From Mytilus californianus (lineage: Eukaryota), in assembly GCF_021869535.1 (NCBI RefSeq), contig NW_026262723.1, forward strand, positions 112,282,001-112,346,000: DNA of 64,000 nucleotides. The letters run 5' to 3'. Position 1 is the stretch's first letter. Each line of letters opens with the position of its first letter. Positions 1 to 12,400 of the stretch are shown in pieces. The notes under the pieces are model-generated. The model saw only the letters and a list, made by a program, of their open reading frames with translations, ran no database searches and was not told the DNA's origin. The position numbers were made by a program, and so were the translations under genes.

Positions 1-818
1 AATGGATCAACTAGACTATAGTCTTCCATTACACGCTAAAGCCATCTTATTAAAACGTAAAAACAGAACATATTTGCAATAGCGATATCTATCGACTATT
101 GATATAATACGCATGGTTAGATAATAGCAGAAACAGATTAGCAATAAAAGAATACACATTTTCCATAGCCTTTTTCCTTAAAAAATCAGGATTCTCAAAT
201 AAAATAAACAGGGTCTCGGTGGATAAGCCATTAAAGCCGGTCAACACTGAGTTGTGAGTTCTAACTCATTTCTTGGCGAGGTATGTTCAAGTCCGATTTT
301 AATTGACAAGGATAGCCAGTTTTCTCCCTAAGGAAGACAATTATATCCCAAGCACCACGGCTTTATCCATCAATAAATAACTGTCTGCCATGATATAGCA
401 AAGACGCTTAAAGTTGCTTTACACACAAAAACAAACATACAAGCAAGAAGATCATGTAAAGAAGTATAACTATTTGTCACCAAATTCCAGAAATGTAATT
501 GATTTCATTCTCATGATCTAAAATTGATATTTCGATTATTCATTCGAGTTTAGTTCTATTCAAAGCCTTTGCATGAATAGATGAATACAACAAATGTTTT
601 ACAAATAAACAAGATTTTAAAATGGTCTTTTTACAAGTAAATCGTTTCCGAGTACATTTTATGTACTTAAGAAACGTCGTCGGGGACTTTTTTTTCTTTC
701 ATATTATCAAAATCAAAAACAGAAAAAAAAAGTGAAAAACATTACTAAAAATAAAAATGAAACTGACAAATTCCAAGTAAAAAAAAAAGCATCGCTAAAT
801 CTTAAAAAAGTGAAAGAA
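1..818. repeat. Direct repeat copy A (period 3326 bp; begins before the window)
   Basis: Matches 3327-4143 with only about 8 small differences counted by eye. Confidence 0.95.
210..440 (+). mobile_element. Old, degenerate tRNA-derived SINE (same family as 23253-23518); second copy at ~3537-3765
   Basis: Colinear similarity to the reverse complement of 23253-23518: gggtctcggtgg...gtcaacactgag.ttgtgagttc...ttaattgac.aggat...cttaaagt.gc.tta.acac.aaaa. Confidence 0.7.
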
Positions 819-1559
819 GACTCTGAAAGAAAAAGAGTACAAAGAAATGTCGGAAAAAGCAATACAGAAAGAAATTTTGAAATGACATAATTTTGCTCCG
901 ATTATCTAACAAGTCATGTACAGTCCAAATTCCAGCTTTTGACCAGTTTTTATAATAAACACTTGAACCACCTATTTCAATGTTTTCTACCTTCAGAAAG
1001 GATAAGATAGAACATCTAGGTTTTCTACTTTGCTTAAGGGTTTTCCAAGCATCACAAAACTCTTGCCAAAATTTATTTGAAGACCTTTTCATGGACCCAA
1101 TGTAACATAGTTCAATGAAATTTATTTGCTCCACAACAGAAACTAATCGCACCCAATTTGAATTTGAGTTAAAATTTCTTCTTATTCATGTAAGTTTCAG
1201 TCCTATATAAATGCTTTTAAATTTAGCCTTTTTAAACCACCAATATAATAATCTTGACATAAAAGATATCGCTTGACCTTATCTGGTTTATTATCCCAGA
1301 TAAATAAATTTTAATTGTTAAATTACGTAACATATTCTCATCTGACCTAGGGATAGATAGAAACATATGATTTAATCTAGATTTGGATCAAAGTTTTCAA
1401 AATGATAATCTTTCCAAAGGGGGTCAGATACTTTTTTGAACATTTTTTCTATTTTATCTAACACAGGCCTGTAATTTCAATAAATAATTCTTTCTAGATC
1501 AACTGAAAAAGTAATTCCATGGAGGTTAAATGTACTGGAGCTCCATTTAAATCCCCACG

Positions 1560-2541
1560 TAACACAAATTTGATCATGGCCATGCTTTTTGTTACCTATC
1601 TAAATGATATTTGTGTTTTCTATATTAACATAAGTCCATAGATTTCAGCATAAAATTAGAGAACACAAAGAGATGCATCGAGTGATTCTGGTGAGCCATC
1701 TAATATTAATGATGTAGCATCCGCATGTTGAGGAAGTACACATTCTGTATCTATAGTAATACCCTTTATCTCCCAACTGTTTCTTACCAAAGTGTTTAAT
1801 ATTTCTTCACATAGCAAAACATATAAGGGGATAAAGGACCCCCTGTCTACAGCCTCTCTCTACAGTGAAGACTTCTGACAGAAAACAGTTTTGTGTCACT
1901 TCAGCTGTTATTCTATTAAAAAATGTTTTAACCCAGGATATAACTGAATCAACAAAATTAAAATATCTTAATGTATCATAAAGAAAGGACAAAGATATGG
2001 AATCAAATGGTTTCTCAAAATCAATCAACAAAATAATTCCTGGAATAATATTTTCTTCAGTAAAATGAAGAATATCATATATTAATCTATAATTTTTCCT
2101 ATATATCTACCTGGAATAAAACCAGTTTGATCAGAACTTATTTATTTTGACAAAGCAGATTTTCTTCTCTCGGCTATATAGCTTGATGCTAATTAATGTG
2201 TAGAATTTAGATGAGTGATAGGTTTCCAATTATTAAGAAACTGTTTTGGTTTACTTTCTTTTGGAATACATGTAATCACTCCCTGCCTTTGGATGACTGA
2301 CATTTGACCCTTCCCATATCCAAAATTTATAGATCTAAGAACAAATTCACCAATATCAATCCAAAAATATATAAAAAATTTTGTAACCATCAGAGCCTGG
2401 ACTCTTCTTATTTTTCTTTCTCTTTAAGGCTGCAGTTAATTCAGAGAAACTAACATTTCCATCCAATAACTGCTTTTCATCATCGCTCAACTTTGGTATA
2501 TCATCATAAAAAATATCTTGTATTAAATCAACACTTTTCAA
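1560..2541 (-). pseudogene. LINE ORF2 reverse-transcriptase fragments
   Basis: ORF-track 2356..2541, 2193..2390 and 1807..2031, plus LPQHADATSLILDGSPESL at ~1690-1740. Confidence 0.85.
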
Positions 2542-2967
2542 ACAATGTTGTTTTTATAAGGTTTTTCATAAAACACTTTAAATTTTGTCTGACTTAAGTT
2601 TTTTTTTGTTCTTCCACTAAAACCCAATTTTCTATTATAAGTTTCTGTATAGTGTTATTAATATAATTCTAGTCTCTAGATTTAAAAAAGAGTTAGTAGA
2701 TAAAAGAAAGTAGGTTTTCCCCCTTCTTCAATCCACTGACTTGTTGACCTGATATATTGTCCCTGTTCCTTCTTTTGTCTATATATTTTTAGTTCTGCCT
2801 TTTTCTGGTCAATTTCTTCTAGGTTTTTTTTCTGTTTGCGCATTTTCTTCTGATTCTTTTTAATTTTAAAATAATGTCATTTTCTATATATACACTCTCC
2901 CTTTTTTATAAGATGCATATGAAACAGTTTTACCACGTATTTCTGCAAGTTAAGTTTCGAAAAATAA

Positions 2968-3357
2968 CTAGTCATCTATGGTAAATTCAATTTTAGAGTT
3001 GTCAATATTTTGTATAATTTCATTTCTGTATATCTTGACTGCATATTGTTCTTTTACTGTACTTTTGATTTTTTTCATTTCTTTAACATAGTCATTATCA
3101 TGGAGAAGGGAGTTATTAAAATTCCACAGACCTCTGCCCTTTATAAATTCATAAATCTTAAAAGAAAAGATCACTGTTGAATGATCATACCTGTAACTAT
3201 AATAAATTTTAACATCACTAACAAAGTGAAAGATATTATTAGAAATCAGAAAAAAATCTAAAAGAGATTGTTTTAAAAGGATTTTTTTTCCAAGTAAATC
3301 TATCCATATTCGGGTATAATTCTCTGAATGGATCAACTAGACTATAGTCTTCCATTA
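2968..3357 (-). pseudogene. LINE ORF2 endonuclease (APE-like) C-terminal fragment
   Basis: ORF-track 2968..3336 plus a frameshifted upstream piece MEDYSLVDPFRELYP; motifs FTW, LDFFLIS, DHS, GLWNFNNSLL. Confidence 0.85.
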
Positions 3358-4143
3358 CCCGCTAAAGCCATCTTATTAAAACGTAAAAACAGAACATATT
3401 TGCAATAGCGATATCTATCGACTATTGATATAATACGCATGGTTAGATAATAGCAGAAACAGATTAGCAATAAAAGAATACACATTTTCCATAGCCTTTT
3501 TCCTTAAAAAATCAGGATTCTCAAATAAAATAAACAGGGTCTCGGTGGATAAGCCATTAAAGCCGGTCAAAACTGAGTTGTGAGTTCTAACTCATTTCTT
3601 GGCGAGGTATGTTCGAGTCCGATTTTAATTGACAAGGATAGCCAGTTTTCTCCCTAAGGAAGACAATTATATCCCAAGCACCACGGCTTTATCCATCAAT
3701 AAATAACTGTCTGCCATGATATAGCAAAGACGCTTAAAGTTGCTTTACACACAAAAACAAACATACAAGCAAGAAGATCATGTAAAGAAGTATAACCATT
3801 TGTCACCAAATTCCAGAAATGTAATTGATTTCATTCTCATGATCTAAAATTGATATTTTGATTATTCATTCGAGTTTAGTTCTATTCAAAGCCTTTGCAT
3901 GAATAGATGAATACAACAAATGTTTTACAAATAAACAAGATTTTAAAATGGTCTTTTTACAAGTAAATCGTTTCCGAGTACATTTTATGCTAAAGAAACG
4001 TCGTCGGGGACTTTTTTTTCTCTCATATTATCAAAATCAAAAACAGAAAAAAAAAAGTGAAAAACATTACTAAAAATAAAAATGAAACTGACAAATTCCA
4101 AGTAAAAAAAAAAGCATCGCTAAATCTTAAAAAAGTGAAAGAA
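3327..4143. repeat. Direct repeat copy B
   Basis: Matches 1-818; identity ends abruptly after gtgaaagaa. Confidence 0.95.
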
Positions 4144-4859
4144 TTAGATTGACATAAAACCCAACTTTTGGGTTATTTTGCAGATAAGTGTATGTATTTT
4201 TAATTTGAACGGAAAATGCAAATATTTGATCATGGATCTTCGAAAATTTTTGAAAATGAATATTCAATATATTATATCATGCGACTGTTATTATTCACAT
4301 AAGTAAAACCCTAGCATGTATTTCTGAAACACGAAATCAAATAAATAATTCCTTTAGTTATAACCCTTATCGCCTATAATATTCTTTAGATCCATGTCAA
4401 AATCTTCTTTTTATTTAGAACTCTAGTTTTTTAACTTCTGAATTCTTTTTGTTTTAGGTAAAACAAATTTAATTTCCGTTTAAAAGTTATAAGTTCCAAG
4501 TGAACGCTGTTAAAAGATGTAGGGTATGATTACATTTCATTTGTTAGTATGCTACTACTTGCAAGCATACTATCTGATAATACGGGGAACAATTTCCTGT
4601 TTTGTGAATAAATTAAAGTAGATACGAAATAATCACAGGCGATATGTCGAAAGGCAAATCATTTACAAGGTTTAAAATTGAAAATTCTGAAGTTTCAATT
4701 CTAGCTAAGGAAATCTATGCTTTAGGGTAGAAAATTCGAATGATAATTTAGCTTTTATAAACTAAAAACCCTGAAAGGAAATTTTTGAGACACACGAACA
4801 AGACCAACAAGTAGTGATCTGATATTCTCCAGGTAAAACAGGTCCTGTTGTATAAACAG

Positions 4860-5235
4860 TACCAGTTTTACTGCGCCAGATGCGCATTCCGACAACTAAT
4901 GTCCATTCAGTCTGCCCAAAAATCCAAAACTTAATACAAACGTTGAAGAGCTGATTATACTTATAAGGAACAATGGTAAAGCCAAACCAAGACTGAATTT
5001 AAGACGATTAACAAAACCTTATAAAAGGAAATTTTCGAAAAACTCAGGATTTTCTACCCCAGGAATAGATTACCTCAGCTGTATTTAGTAAAAAGTTTAG
5101 GAATTTTGGGTCCTTAGAGCCCTTTAACTTTGTGTTTTATTTGGATTTTTTTTAACTTTTTAATTCAAGCGTCACTTTAGTCTGTTGAAGACGAAACGCG
5201 CATACAGAATTTCAATCCTGGTATCTATGATAATT
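4860..5235. repeat. Two adjacent decayed hammerhead-bearing (retrozyme/Penelope pLTR-like) repeat fragments in opposite orientation
   Basis: 4871-4915 on the minus strand reads ctgaatg-gac...gtc-ggaa-t-gcgc-a-tc-tggcgcag. 5169-5203 on the plus strand reads gcgtcac-tttag-tc...gac-gaaa-c-gcgc-at. Both have the minimal hammerhead layout with a broken core. Confidence 0.55.
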
Positions 5236-5289
5236 TTGTTTTCAATAAAACATCATCAATTTTTTAAATTGTTGTAAGACTTTGATTTT

Positions 5290-5560
5290 CTGTCGCATTC
5301 TGTAATGTCACAATTAGGAAAAGGAAGGGGTTGTGGCTTCGACAAGTAAAGCATTCCCGTGAACAAGATATTTCTTTACTATCAACAAATCATCATGATG
5401 TCCTTCAAAAAACTTTCCAAAAGATGACTTTGAATTTTACATTTGGTTCATTAGATTACTTCTACGCAAAAGGAAAATGTGATAGAAAACACAAGATATG
5501 CAATACCTCTTTTGTAATAATAGAGAAAAGGAAATGTCATGAAAAAAAGAGAAAATTCAT
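5290..5560 (-). mobile_element. Highly decayed 3' end of a Naiad-type Penelope RT element
   Basis: Minus strand ttcaaagtcatcttttggaaagttttttgaaggacatcatgatgatttgttgat resembles the LKSSLRKFY.RHHDLVD C-terminus seen in 33434-34141. Confidence 0.5.
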
Positions 5561-5944
5561 TATTCTTATTCAGATTACCACCATTTGGTATCTAACACGG
5601 CTGCAGATAAATCAACAAATCAATCAATCAAATGTATAATGCACACCAAATGCATTTGGTCTATTGTATTTTAGTTTAATTTACAAGTAACCGTTACATC
5701 GACAATCAAGAATAAGACATATCTTTACTACTAAAAATTGAAAAACAAAGAGTGGAATGTACTGAAGGAAGAATCAGAACTAATAATCCGAAGAAAGACC
5801 GACTAAACAAGAGAAAAAAAAAAAGGGAAACGACAGCCTACAGAACGCTTTCTTTTCACGTTAGAAATTAAACGCGTGAATTTTAATTCCACCAGACTAC
5901 AAGTACCCGTCCACGTCTACGTCTGTGTTTTTGTTAGATGGATT

Positions 5945-6365
5945 TCTATATGTATGCATCTGATGAGTTAAGCCTTTTTCAACTGATTTTTATAGTTTGT
6001 TCGTATGTTGCACTGTTACACCACTGTTCTAGGTTAGGGGAGGATTGGGCGCCGGCTAACGTGTTTAACCCCGCCACATTCTGTATGTGCCTGGTCCAAG
6101 TCAGGAGCCTGTAATTCAGTGGTTGTCGTTTGTTGCTGTGTAACATATTTGTATTTCGTTCATTATTTTGTACATAGATAAGGCCGTTAGTTTTCTCGTT
6201 TGAATTGTTTTACATTTGTCATTTCGGGGCCTTTTATAGCTATTTAGCGGTATGGGTTTTGCTCATTGTTGAAGGATGTACGGTGACTTATAGTTGTGAA
6301 TTTCTGTGTCATTTGTTCTCTTGTGGAGAGTTGTCTCATTGGCAATCATACCACATCTTCTTTTT
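5945..6365 (+). repeat. Apparently near full-length copy of an abundant interspersed repeat ending ...gagagttgtctcattggcaatcataccacatcttctttttata
   Basis: Pieces of the same sequence recur in reverse at ~13070-13305, ~16630-16800, ~28830-29010 and ~53695-53845. Class not determined. Confidence 0.75.
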
Positions 6366-9300
6366 ATATCTTCTATTGTAAGTATTTTTTTTACGCCACT
6401 ATTATATTGATTACTCAATACTATGGATGTTATCCGCTACAGTTTGCAGTTAATAATGCTATAGTATGCGTGTACAGACATAAGGTTTCCGCCGTAACAA
6501 ACTGAACATCTTGCATCCACTACATTTTGGCCAGGTGATAACGTTTACTTTAAAAAACATTAATTACATTGTAATTTTGTATTCAATGTCAAGATATTTG
6601 TTCGAAAATTAACAAACCCTTGTCCTCTCAATCTTCTATATGCAAAGTCTGAATCGGCCATTGTGATTTTACAAATAATTAGTTACGTCAGACAATGCGA
6701 TCTGTCAACTGATGTTATATTCAATGACACAGAATTGTAAACATAGTAAAACCTGTGCCATATGGTGCAAATTGTAAATTAATTAAATTGTGTTCACAGT
6801 AAAACATTATTTCAGTTTTATAGTTTATGATTCGAGCGACACTGATAAGAGATTTTTATACACGAAACATATTTTTGAATTATTAGTAAATCTGTCTAAA
6901 TACTAATAATTCAATTTTTTTTAACCTTATTTCAAAATCGGAAACACAACTTTAGAATATTAATGAATTTAGTAGATGATTATGTGAAACAAGGGGCTAA
7001 CACAATAAATAAGACATATGTTGTTTTTCCCTCATAATTTGAGGCTATGAAGTCATTGATATAAATTAGAATTAAAAAAGCAGTGGCTCTATGAATACTC
7101 GTGCAAAACTATCTTTAATGACCCAAATGTTGCTGATAATCTGGGTTCATGATAAATATGGTGTTGCCCATTAAGAAAAAGGCCATAGTAACACCGCTTT
7201 TGTGTGTAAATCACATTATATAAACGTCTTAATAAAGAAATAGCGTATTGGCAATTCACTTTGAAACAATTACAGGCCTGTTTTATGTTCCCTTTGTATT
7301 TCAACCAGAAAAGAAGAATTGGATTGCATTCACTATTATACTGTTAGCTCCACAAAACATCTTTTTGTTACTTATTTTAAAGCATTCAAAATTAGGCATC
7401 ATATTTACTGTGAAACTACATACTCTTGGGACGGAGTGAATAAACATTATATACTAAATAAAGACCTGTTCGAGTACATACAATTCAAGTCTATTTCCTA
7501 ATTCAATAGTATAACCAATTTGTCTTCCAACCCCTTACACCGGTATTGTTCATTTTTAACGAATGAGTCCAACTGTGTTTCATAACAAGAATTTGCTTAC
7601 TTAGATACAAATATTCTGTTTTATGAAGAAAAAAATGTTTCTTTGAAAAAACGCTTCGATTCAAATAAAAAGTTACATGAAACTTATATTAACAAGATGC
7701 CCTTTCAATTGTATATGGTAGACTTTATAATCTCTATAATTGACGGTGGGATTTGTGTTGCTCAGTCTTATTGGACCTAAATGTGCTCCTTTTCTATCAT
7801 CATTTTTTAACTTCAAGTTCTCATATATATCTGCTGCGTTTCTCGTATAACTTAAAAATAACAATAAGGGTTAGTTAGGTCAGATGTTTGTTTTTTTGTA
7901 TAATGTTTACTTTTTTCAAGAATTTTGTCAATTGAGTTAGTGATAGCGGCTCTGTTCGGTATACACTATGCTATTACTTACCACTTTGTACTATGAAAAG
8001 ATTGTATGAATTTTTCTTTGCAGTAGATAAAAGCTAGTGTAGCTACATCCATATCTTCCTCTTCACTTTTACAAATGAAATTACCTTCAATGCTGATGTT
8101 TCGATATGTCATGCTTTAAAAACTTTAAATGTCAGACCTGCCTATTGAGAATCATTAATCTTCATGTGACATTAAGTTACCTCTTTTCGTCTCGTTTTAA
8201 ACCAGTAATGATTTCATTATAAATTCGTTTATAGTTTCCGCTTACTAATTGTCTGCATTATTTCCTCAATCCCAATTAAGCTATAGTAAGACTTTTCCCA
8301 TCAACTATCGTTAAGTCAGAATACTTTCCTCAACACCAAAGTAAAATGTCTTAATTAAATTTCCTACTGATGGAGTGTATATTTAGGGTAATGATACAAT
8401 ATATTGTCAAAATATATTTCGAAAGTTATGATAGTGTTAAATACGTCAATGCACTAAGGATTTGGATAACAGTTCGAACATCTTTACGTTACGTTGACCA
8501 GCGTAATTTCGCACTATCATTTAAGTATCTGTTGCAATTATACCTTCGACATTAACTCTATTTCACACTTCTTTGGTTTTCTATATCGAAGTTAGCTCAA
8601 ATTAAGCTCTTAAGCAATAACCGCAGCAGTTTCTAAATTGGTCAATAGTATTTTTTTCAGAAATAAAGAGAAGAGATTATAGCGGCATTATTTTATTATT
8701 GTAATAAATGTTGGATTTAAAAGTAAATATACAACCAACTGTTATTAGCTGTCATCCGGACCCTTCTCAAACACAATTCGGGTGCATAAAATGAAAACGT
8801 TTTAATAAACGTTTTGAGTCGACTATATATATTTTGAAATTTCCATGGTTGAAAAATAAAATGCATTCAACCTAATGAGTATTGGTAATCAGAATGGATC
8901 ACATCAAAACTGTCTTTCCAAGACTTAGACATTCGGTTATTAACAATTTGAATCAATAGTATGAATACCATTAAGGCTGTATTTGGATTGGTTAAAGAAC
9001 TTTTGTTTTATTGTTGTCATGGCTTTTCTGTACATGGATTCAATTGGAGGTTAAACCAAACAGGTGCATCAGATGAACCCATTTCATTAAGTTTTGTTTT
9101 CATTGTAAAAATCATAATATTTAATTTTCATTCCTGTCAGCCGACTTTGCGTCTCCTCTAATGAAGTAGTATGTATGCAAAACCTTCTGAAAACTGATTT
9201 TTTTTTTATTTCACCTGTTTTTATCCTGGTTGTGTCATTCCACTCAATGCTTTTTTTTTTAAATCGTAAAAGTGCTAATTTCAAATCTAAGGAAAATTAT

Positions 9301-9474
9301 CATTAATTGTGCGCTCCTAATCAAATCGTTCTTGCATAACCTAAAGAGACGTTTTTTACAAAAGCCTCTTTTGTCACGACGAAAACCTTTGGCAAAATTC
9401 TTTCACTTTCAGATACATGATTAACAGAAATGTTTCTGTATATCAGCTTGAAGGTTTGGACCAGAAAGTCTCTT

Positions 9475-9723
9475 TGTTTTGCACATTGTTGTCAATATAA
9501 TGGAATTTTATGCGACTCTCATACAAGTAAGCGGTTGAGCTAGCTATAAAACCAGGTTTAGTCCACCATTTTCTACATAAGGAAATGCCTGTACCATACC
9601 AGGAATATGACAGTTGTTTTCCATTTGTTTGATGTGTTTGAGCTTTTGATTTTGCCATTTGATAAGGGATTTTCCGTTTTGAATTTTCTTTGGAGTTCGG
9701 TATTTTTTATTATTTTCCTTTTT
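9475..9723 (+). repeat. Interspersed repeat (gtacca.gtcaggaatatgacagttg family) inserted in copy 1 only; relatives at ~20845-21090, ~38340-38590 and ~43520-43915
   Basis: Copy 2 reads continuously through the site (gaccagaaagtctctt|aatattcaaatcttg at ~24105-24135). Confidence 0.8.
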
Positions 9724-10265
9724 AATATTTAAATCTTGGTCTTGAAAATTACTCTATAGACAATCTAAAAACTAAGTTATATTACAACCGCAACGATTTC
9801 AACTCCCAGCCGAATGTCAGACAGTCAGAAATATCATATCATATGTCCCAACTCAGCACGTTTTCGCGTCCGTTTAGACAATATTCAAAAGCTCGTTTCA
9901 TTAATGCCATTACATTTACAGGAATATATTTTTATTTCAAAAGTTACTTAAAGTTTGTAAAACGGCTGAAAATCATCACATCACATGTTTAAAGTCACTG
10001 TTTATTACGAATAGAAGGATTTCAGTTTCACAACTCACTAGAAATATTTTCTTTTCTCATTGTTAACGGTTTTGTCATATTATTGCTATGACAGTAAACA
10101 TTTCGAGATGAGAACCCTCTGACGTCTGACGACCTAATTGGACTTGCTCGCATCATGGAAATAGCCGACTCAGACTTCAGTCTCGAAATCATTGCAGAAA
10201 TATTGTTTAGCAAATAAAGCATTCACTTTTGTTTTCCTTATTAATCTTTTTTAAAAATATTTACT

Positions 10266-10410
10266 AAAATTGAGAATGGATATGGGGAATGTGTCAAAGA
10301 GACAAAAACCCGACAAAAGAGCAGAAAACAGCCGAAGGCCAACAATGGGTCTTCAACACAGCGAGAAAATCCCGCACCCAGAGGCGGGCTTCATCTGGCT
10401 CCTAAGCCAA
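10266..10410 (+). repeat. Interspersed repeat (aaaattgagaatgg..tggggaatgtgtcaaagagac family) inserted in copy 1; short fragment also at ~39696-39733
   Basis: Absent at the paralogous positions ~24655 and ~41530. Confidence 0.75.
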
Positions 10411-12344
10411 AATACTGTTTGTTTGCCGGTTAACCCCGTTTGCCGGTTAACCCCTCTCCAATGTAGCAAAACAGATACTTTATCTATTTATGTTCTTTGT
10501 ACGGTTGAAGGGTTTAGTCGAATATCTCAATAATCACCAATAACATATAATTTTAAGATATAAATACGCAGGGATAATCTATAGAGTGCATATCATTGAA
10601 TTTGTTATCACGTTGAACAATAATTGAGATGTTTAGAATGCTGATAGTTTATCTACCGAACCTTTCTAAGTGTCGCTTCTACTATTCTATTCGTAGCTTT
10701 TCAAGTAATTTATCAAATCACATTTTCTCCTTGTAAAACAATACAGATTCATTTCAGTAATTTGTTTTTTTTTGCTATAGGAATTTTAAATACTTTAAAA
10801 AGTCATTCCTGTACGATTTGTATTCCGCTCTAGAGAACTTTAAATACTTTAGAAAGGTATTCCTGCATACTTTGTATTCAACCAATGATGCTTTGGTTTC
10901 ATTAACGAACGTTCAAGAAATTTTATAAATCAGTGTGAACACAGAGACAAGTTTTGTTAAAGATACAATAGAAAATAAAGTCGATGAAGGTGTTTAAAAA
11001 CCAAGAAAAAAATTCCAAAATTGATAAAAAATCATCGTCTCTTGGTACTCTCTGAATCTGTACACCTATTTATGTCAGAACATACATCTGACACTTGAAC
11101 TCTCACTCACTCAAGTTTTGTATTTATATTTTTTTCATTCTGTATTGCAAATTTGTCTTTGTGCTTTATTTTGTTTTTGAAATACCGATATTCCTATTAT
11201 GTTGTTCATTAAAAAATATTTTATTGTTTTTGTTTGTATTGAATAGAACTACAGCTGAATCAAGCTCTCTCCTGCTTTTATGTTATATTTAAACGTACCT
11301 CTAGTTTTTAATCAGGTCTGATGATCAGATAACATTTGCTTGGGGACAAAAAGGGATATATGAATGATATATTTTGAGTGACGTGAAAACAGTTATAGCT
11401 GTAAAATAACTTATTAGATAGTTTAACTTTTCAATATATAAGACCTTAATGTTACTAAACATAGATATAAGAATAGTAAATAACAGAAAACTAACCCTAC
11501 CCCGAAATTTAAAAAAAAAAACTCTTCACGAATCTACTAGATTAAGGCCTAAAAATATACTGTTATCATCAATTATGTTAGGCCAAACAGAAACAACGTT
11601 GTACAAGCTTCACTTACATATTAAATATGCCATTGTGCTGATGAGCAATAATTGCTCAAAGTATGAAAGAATTGAGTATAACAAATTATTAACCGTGCTA
11701 GTTTTGTAACTATCTGGGCACATTACTGTAAAAGGTCGTACAAATTCCTATGTCCTTTTGTTTTATTATCAGGTAGTTATTGAACATGAATCTTACAAAT
11801 AAAAAATACAATAGTAAGTTGATATTTTTATTAGCGATAATCTCTATCATACATCAATTATATTAGAGCAAATCTCCGTGGAATTTCCACTATATCTTTC
11901 CATATAAAACATTCATTCGTAGTTGGCTTTATGCATAGCTATTGTATAGATACAATTTTTTCATTTGTTTCCTCTGTAGGTTATCAAATATAGTTAGTTA
12001 TAAAATCTTTCACGTGGGTGTTTCGATGCCTTATTGTCAGAGACGCCGTCGAGGGTGATATTTTCTGAGAATCATTACTACTATAACCAAAGACAGTTAT
12101 GCGTTCTGATTTTTTTTTCCATTTTACTGAATCATTGATATGGTGTGTCTATATACAAGTTTTCAATGATAAAAATAGAAATAAATGTTTTTAAAGAACA
12201 AAATTAAGGCAACAGTTATTCAAAAGTTTCAAATCGATAAGGAAAAGACATATCAAGATAACAAACGGGAATTGCCTGAACTGCAAAAGGAGCAAGACTG
12301 GATGAGTCGGCAGGATAAATAGATCCATCATAAATACCAGGCTT

Positions 12345-12400
12345 AAACGTTTGTACGCCAGACGCGTGTTTCGTCTAAAAACGACTCACTTGTATCTCCT
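12345..12400 (-). ncRNA. Decayed minimal type I hammerhead motif (copy 1)
   Basis: Minus strand: caagtga-gtc-gttttta-gac-gaaa-c-acgc-g-tc-tggcgta. Stem II, GAAA and the GUC site are intact; CUGAUGA is broken. Confidence 0.55.

Larger units (their letters stand above)
688..3357 (-). mobile_element. 5'-truncated, decayed non-LTR retrotransposon of the L1/Tx1 type (endonuclease C-terminus + RT + C-terminal region + T-rich 3' UTR + A-tail)
   Basis: Minus-strand frames give MEDYSLVDPFRELYPNMDRFTWKKNP, KQSLLDFFLIS, DHS and GRGLWNFNNSLLHDNDY (APE-like endonuclease end). They then give KSPGSDG, QRQGVITCIPKESKP..NWKPIT.LN, LIDFEKPFDSIS, RGCRQG and QHADAT (decayed YADD) for the RT. There are many stops and frameshifts. 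The T-run at ~688-696 is the presumed A-tail. Confidence 0.88.

Noticed and set aside
680-700. Site-specific target (U2, tRNA or 5S) for the Tx1-like LINE
   Set aside because: The flank cgtcgtcggggac does not match any RNA gene I can recognise, and no TSD is evident.
5331-5639. 102-aa plus-strand ORF
   Set aside because: It is the antisense of a decayed Naiad-like 3' end.
5960-5990. CTGATGA-gtt...aac hairpin as a hammerhead
   Set aside because: No GAAA box or cleavage triplet geometry follows.
8370-8555. ATG-started frame open for ~50-60 codons in three copies
   Set aside because: Differences between copies fall mostly on first and second codon positions, as expected for neutral AT-rich DNA.
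11960-12080. Strong plus-strand acceptor (tctgtag/ttgcag) and possible exon in copies 1 and 2 (~27645-27740)
   Set aside because: Reading frames disagree between the copies and contain stops, and the segment is absent from copy 3.
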